This document shows positions 30,020-33,851 of a stretch of 33,851 bases of DNA, piece by piece. How positions within the stretch are numbered: the stretch's first letter is position 1; each line of letters opens with the position of its first letter. Source of the stretch: Nemertoderma westbladi (Eukaryota > Animalia > Xenacoelomorpha); assembly GCA_032718475.1 (NCBI GenBank), contig JAUCBJ010005594.1, forward strand, positions 1-33,851. The letters run 5' to 3'. The notes under the pieces were generated by a model. The model saw only the letters and a program-made list of their open reading frames with translations, did not search any database and was not told where the DNA came from. The position numbers and the translations under genes are program-made.

Positions 30020-32375
30020 TTACGCCCCGCAACGGAAGGCATTCTCAGGAGACGGCGAACGAAGTGTCTTAAAAGTTCTTACAGCGGGGAACCTTGCGAA
30101 TGACACGGTTTTCCTGACCCGCTGTAGTGATTGTGGCGAGGTGCCACGGTCCCTAGCCTTTAAGGTGCCACCCTCTCGCCCATTCGCCGAACAGGAGGCA
30201 GTGTTGGCCTTCCAGCGACGGTTGCTAAACACAACCATAGCTCGGAAGGTCACTGAGCTGAAGGCCGCGGAGGACCGAGTAGTGCCAAGTATCACCTTGC
30301 ATCTCATCTGGCGGACGCAAGCCTACTCGAGAAAGTCGTCCACCTGGCCAACACCTGGTGTGACGGTAAGCTTGAGCGACGGAGGTCTGACCAGGATGAA
30401 AAGTTTACGTGGTGGGCTGGCAGCCAAGGGACGCCCTTACTAAACGTTATTGGCACGGTTCGGTGTGAGGACGGAATAGTCCTACCTGAGATTGTTGAGT
30501 CGGTGCTCAGGCTTGGGGCCAAGAATCCGGTCAAAACCAAGTTTGACACCGCACTATTTTACTCCCATGTGGACTATTTCACCCACACCACCGATGCGGA
30601 TAAAGTAAATGTGTCCCACCACGCCCAGAATTACGCTCGGTTAATGCGCCTCCAGCGGCAGTCTGATGCCGCCTCTACAAAGGGCGCGTTATCTGAGGCA
30701 ACATGGTTTGATTGCTGTGCCGTTCGACAAGGGGAATGGGTACTGCATTATGGAGAAGGAGTCGTACCTCGCCAAGGCGGAGGCGCTCATCGCCGACCAG
30801 ACCAAGTTTGGTCCCCCTTAGTCGACCCAGTGCTGTTAAGATAGATATCTACCGTCGGAGGACGGAGGATATTCGGGACGACGTGACCAGAATCGTGAGG
30901 AAGGAGAATAAGGAACTTCTGGCCAGGCTATTGCCTCGCAAAGATCCACTCCTCCCAGGCTGTATGACCTTGCTAAGGTACATAAAGCTGGTGTCCCACT
31001 CCGTCCCATAATCTCTATGTCCGGCATCATTTACCATCCAGTCGCTGGGTTTCTCAGAGACATGCTGGATGTGCTGCCTGAAGGTAAGATATCTACTAAC
31101 AGTGCTGGGTCTACCGATCGTCTCGCTGAACTAGAGGTAGAACCCACGGACCGTTTCTACTCCCTGGACGTTGTGAGTTTATTTACTAACGTCCCACTGA
31201 GGGAGGCGGTGCAGCTTGCTGCTGATCTACTGTATGTGCGGCATCCGGACAGCCAGCCAAACGGCAAGGACAAATTTATTGGTCGTATGAAACGCATCTT
31301 AAAGGACACTGGCCTTGAAGATGCGGATGATCTAGCAAATGTCATGAGTGATAGGGAGTTGTGGCGGCGCAATTTTGACGACAAGCCGGCACAGCATTAT
31401 TAAAAATGCAGCTGCAATGCAGCATGCCGATCCTAGTAGTAGTAGTAGTAGTATTGGTCGTATGCTGTTAGCCACCAAGGATGTCGTATTCCTAGATCGT
31501 CATGGCAACTACGTCTGTCAGAAAGATGGTGTCGCTATGGGGTCTCCATTGGGCCCCATACTCGCCAACATCTTTCTGTCAAAGTTCGACGAGAGGATCG
31601 CTGCGTGCACCAAGCTCAGTGATAGGTACGTCGATGACGTATTTAGTGTTGGCAGTAACGACCCCACTCAGAAGTTGAGAGAGGTTAATGCCCTCCATCC
31701 CAACCTTGGTTTACCCTTGAGATGGAGGAGGGGGGGGGGGGGGGGGGGGGCTTGTCCTTTCTTGATTTGGTTGTCACTCGGGTTGACTATGCTCTTTCAA
31801 CAGCGTGGTACCGCAAGCCTACAGATACTTGGCTCGTTCCCAATGCCACTGCGTGTGTCCCTGAGTCTTACAAACGCGGTGTAGTTCGTGGTATATTTCA
31901 TCGTATCTTTAATGCCAGTAAGGGTGGGGATGGTTCCCAATCTATACCGCTATTGGGGATGCTAAGAATATTCTTAGCAATAACCAATATACTGATACGA
32001 TGGTCGAGCATGAGCTAGCCGTAGTTCAAGCCGCTAGGGGGCGTGCAGGCAGTGATTCTGGGGGCGAGGCACCAACAGCTGTCCCCACCGAGGTCATTGA
32101 CCCGTCGACCAGGCAGCTTCTGATGATTCCAAGCCTATTATCTGTAAGTTTGAGTACCGAGGTCTGGCAACTGATCTATTTGTTCGAAAGTTACGTGGTC
32201 TTATACCCAGGTCTTGCACACGGCCAGTCCGGTTTGTTTTTACAACATCTAAACTGCGCCAGTCACTCCCAGCTCTCAACCACCCCATCCCGGAAATCCG
32301 TGCGTCTAACGTCGTTTACTCTTTCTCTTGTCCCTCTTGTAAGGGGGAATATGTTGGACACACTAATACAGTTTA
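30020..32375 (+). mobile_element. Penelope-like element (RT plus start of GIY-YIG endonuclease), multiply frameshifted
   Basis: N-terminal FLTRC...VPRSLAFK; RPIIS; SLDVVSLFTNVP; QKDGVAMGSPLGPILANIF; RYVDDVF; LSFLDL; YRKPTDT; NVVYSFSCPSCKGEYVGHT (~32305-32364). Confidence 0.92.
31290..31451 (+). mobile_element. RTE LINE 3' fragment inserted into the Penelope RT
   Basis: Near identity to 25417-25566; (TAG)n tail. Perfect 13-bp TSD TATTGGTCGTATG at 31277-31289 and 31452-31464. Confidence 0.92.
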
Positions 32376-32689
32376 TCGTTATGGATGAACGGGCTTAACA
32401 TAAGCTTTGGCTTGTTGCCCAATCATCATCACGAATGAGGTTACACGCATGATATTTTGGAGATTCTCTAGTTTTAATTGGCTACCAATTAAAGTCATCC
32501 CAAAATTGATGAAAATTTCACCAAAAAAAAATTATTTTATACCAAATTAAATAATGTGACCCCAAAAAAATTACTCAACACCAAATAAAATAAAGTCACC
32601 CCAAATAAAATTATATAATAATAATAATAATGTATATAATAATATATAATATAAATATATAATATAAAATAAATATATATATAGATATA

Positions 32690-33290
32690 CGTTCGGGCTG
32701 AAGGGCCACTTTTGTATAAAAGTGGCCCTATTGCGACTTGGGGGGTCTTAAAAAGTGGCCCTTTAGCCCCTTTTTGGCCCTTTAGCCCGAAACCGCAAAC
32801 GGGCTTGGATGGCCCTTTGTGTATATCCTTCCTCTAAAAAGTTATGCAGCTTCATTTTATTACTAAATGAAAACACAATTTTCGGGCCACTTACCAAAAT
32901 GTATAAAATGGAATTAGGGTCAAAAAAGTCAAAAGGGCCAAAATTTGCCAAAATGTCTGGAATGGAATGATATATCATTGGCCCGAACTGAGCTTACTAT
33001 ATAGTGAAGAAAGAAAAGGGCCATAACAGGCCCTATTTGATGTGACTTCATATGAAATTTATCAAATTAGTTGAGAAGGAAACGGGCCGAACTGAAAATG
33101 AGATAAATAACATTAGGGCCATTATACAGTGACCCTTTTGAATCCAATTTGATCCTACAAATAAACTGAGCTGCGAATTTGAGTGGCCCACTTGTTACAA
33201 AATTGATTTATTAAATAAGATGACCCGAAGAAGGGGCCATTTTTACCATCATAAAGAATGAGATTAACAACATTAGGGCCATAAATATAC
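32690..33290. repeat. Region dense in GGGCC/GGCCC motifs, probably the subterminal region of a DNA transposon
   Basis: More than ten GGGCC(A)/(T)GGCCC motifs in both orientations; duplicated ATGAGAT.AA.AACATTAGGGCCAT at ~33098 and ~33258. Confidence 0.5.
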
Positions 33291-33462
33291 ATTGATTAAA
33301 ATGGGGGGAGGGGGTGTCATGTGGTTAATTCTATAGAAATAAATCTTAGAACTTTCTTGTTTATTGTAAATATTATATATATATATTATATATATACAAA
33401 AGCTAGGTTCACCCAGCATTCACCAACCGCACCGCTTAACAGTAGACCGAGACCCGCATATA

Positions 33463-33595
33463 AAACGGAGTATTGAACAACGGAGTATATATTAAACGGA
33501 GAATTGAACAACTGAGTATCTAAAAGCTAAAACAACTGACTATATTAAACTGAGTATCTAAAAGCTAAAACAACTGACTATAATACAGACTATTA
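33463..33595. repeat. Short diverged tandem repeats (AACGGAGTA / AACTGAGTA / AACTGACTA)
   Basis: Direct inspection. Confidence 0.6.
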
Positions 33596-33851
33596 TTTAA
33601 TCTCTGTATTGCACATGGTATGGTTCCACGCACGCTACTATCCATCTCAATTGTTCCCTTGGTTAAAAATAAGCTGGGCGATATTTCCGCCATTGATAAT
33701 TATAGGGCAATCGCCATATCTTCGCTCTTGTTGAAAGTTTTCGAATGGGTCATCCTGATCACTCAGAACAACCATTTAGCGCTAGACGACTTACAATTCG
33801 GATTTCAAAGTAATTCAAGGAGACTCGACTATTATACTATAGATTCAACTA

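Overview
AT-rich eukaryotic (most likely invertebrate animal) DNA dominated by nested and decayed transposable elements. Retroelements: non-LTR fragments (a CRE-like element with a restriction-like endonuclease, an uninterrupted 612-aa RT ORF, five RTE-clade pieces, a CR1/L2-type 3' end), a disrupted Penelope-like element and two tRNA-derived SINE families. DNA elements: non-autonomous transposons delimited by TIRs and TSDs (two nested hAT-type, Kolobok-like, Merlin-like, and a 5-bp-TSD element carrying a 10-bp satellite) plus Helentron/HINE-like elements. Two long uninterrupted non-TE ORFs stand out: an atypical short-C-lobe protein kinase (22369-23754, +) and a secreted TSP1-VWD-C8-Ig protein (27511-28866, -). 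Signals missed by the ORF track include a twice-present decayed ORF of unknown family (~5030-5281 and ~29170-29592), a hammerhead-ribozyme-like ~220-bp insert (20191-20415), a hairpin-dense tract (917-1273) and CTCF-like motifs, mostly inside repeats. All family assignments come from motif recognition by eye; no searches were run.
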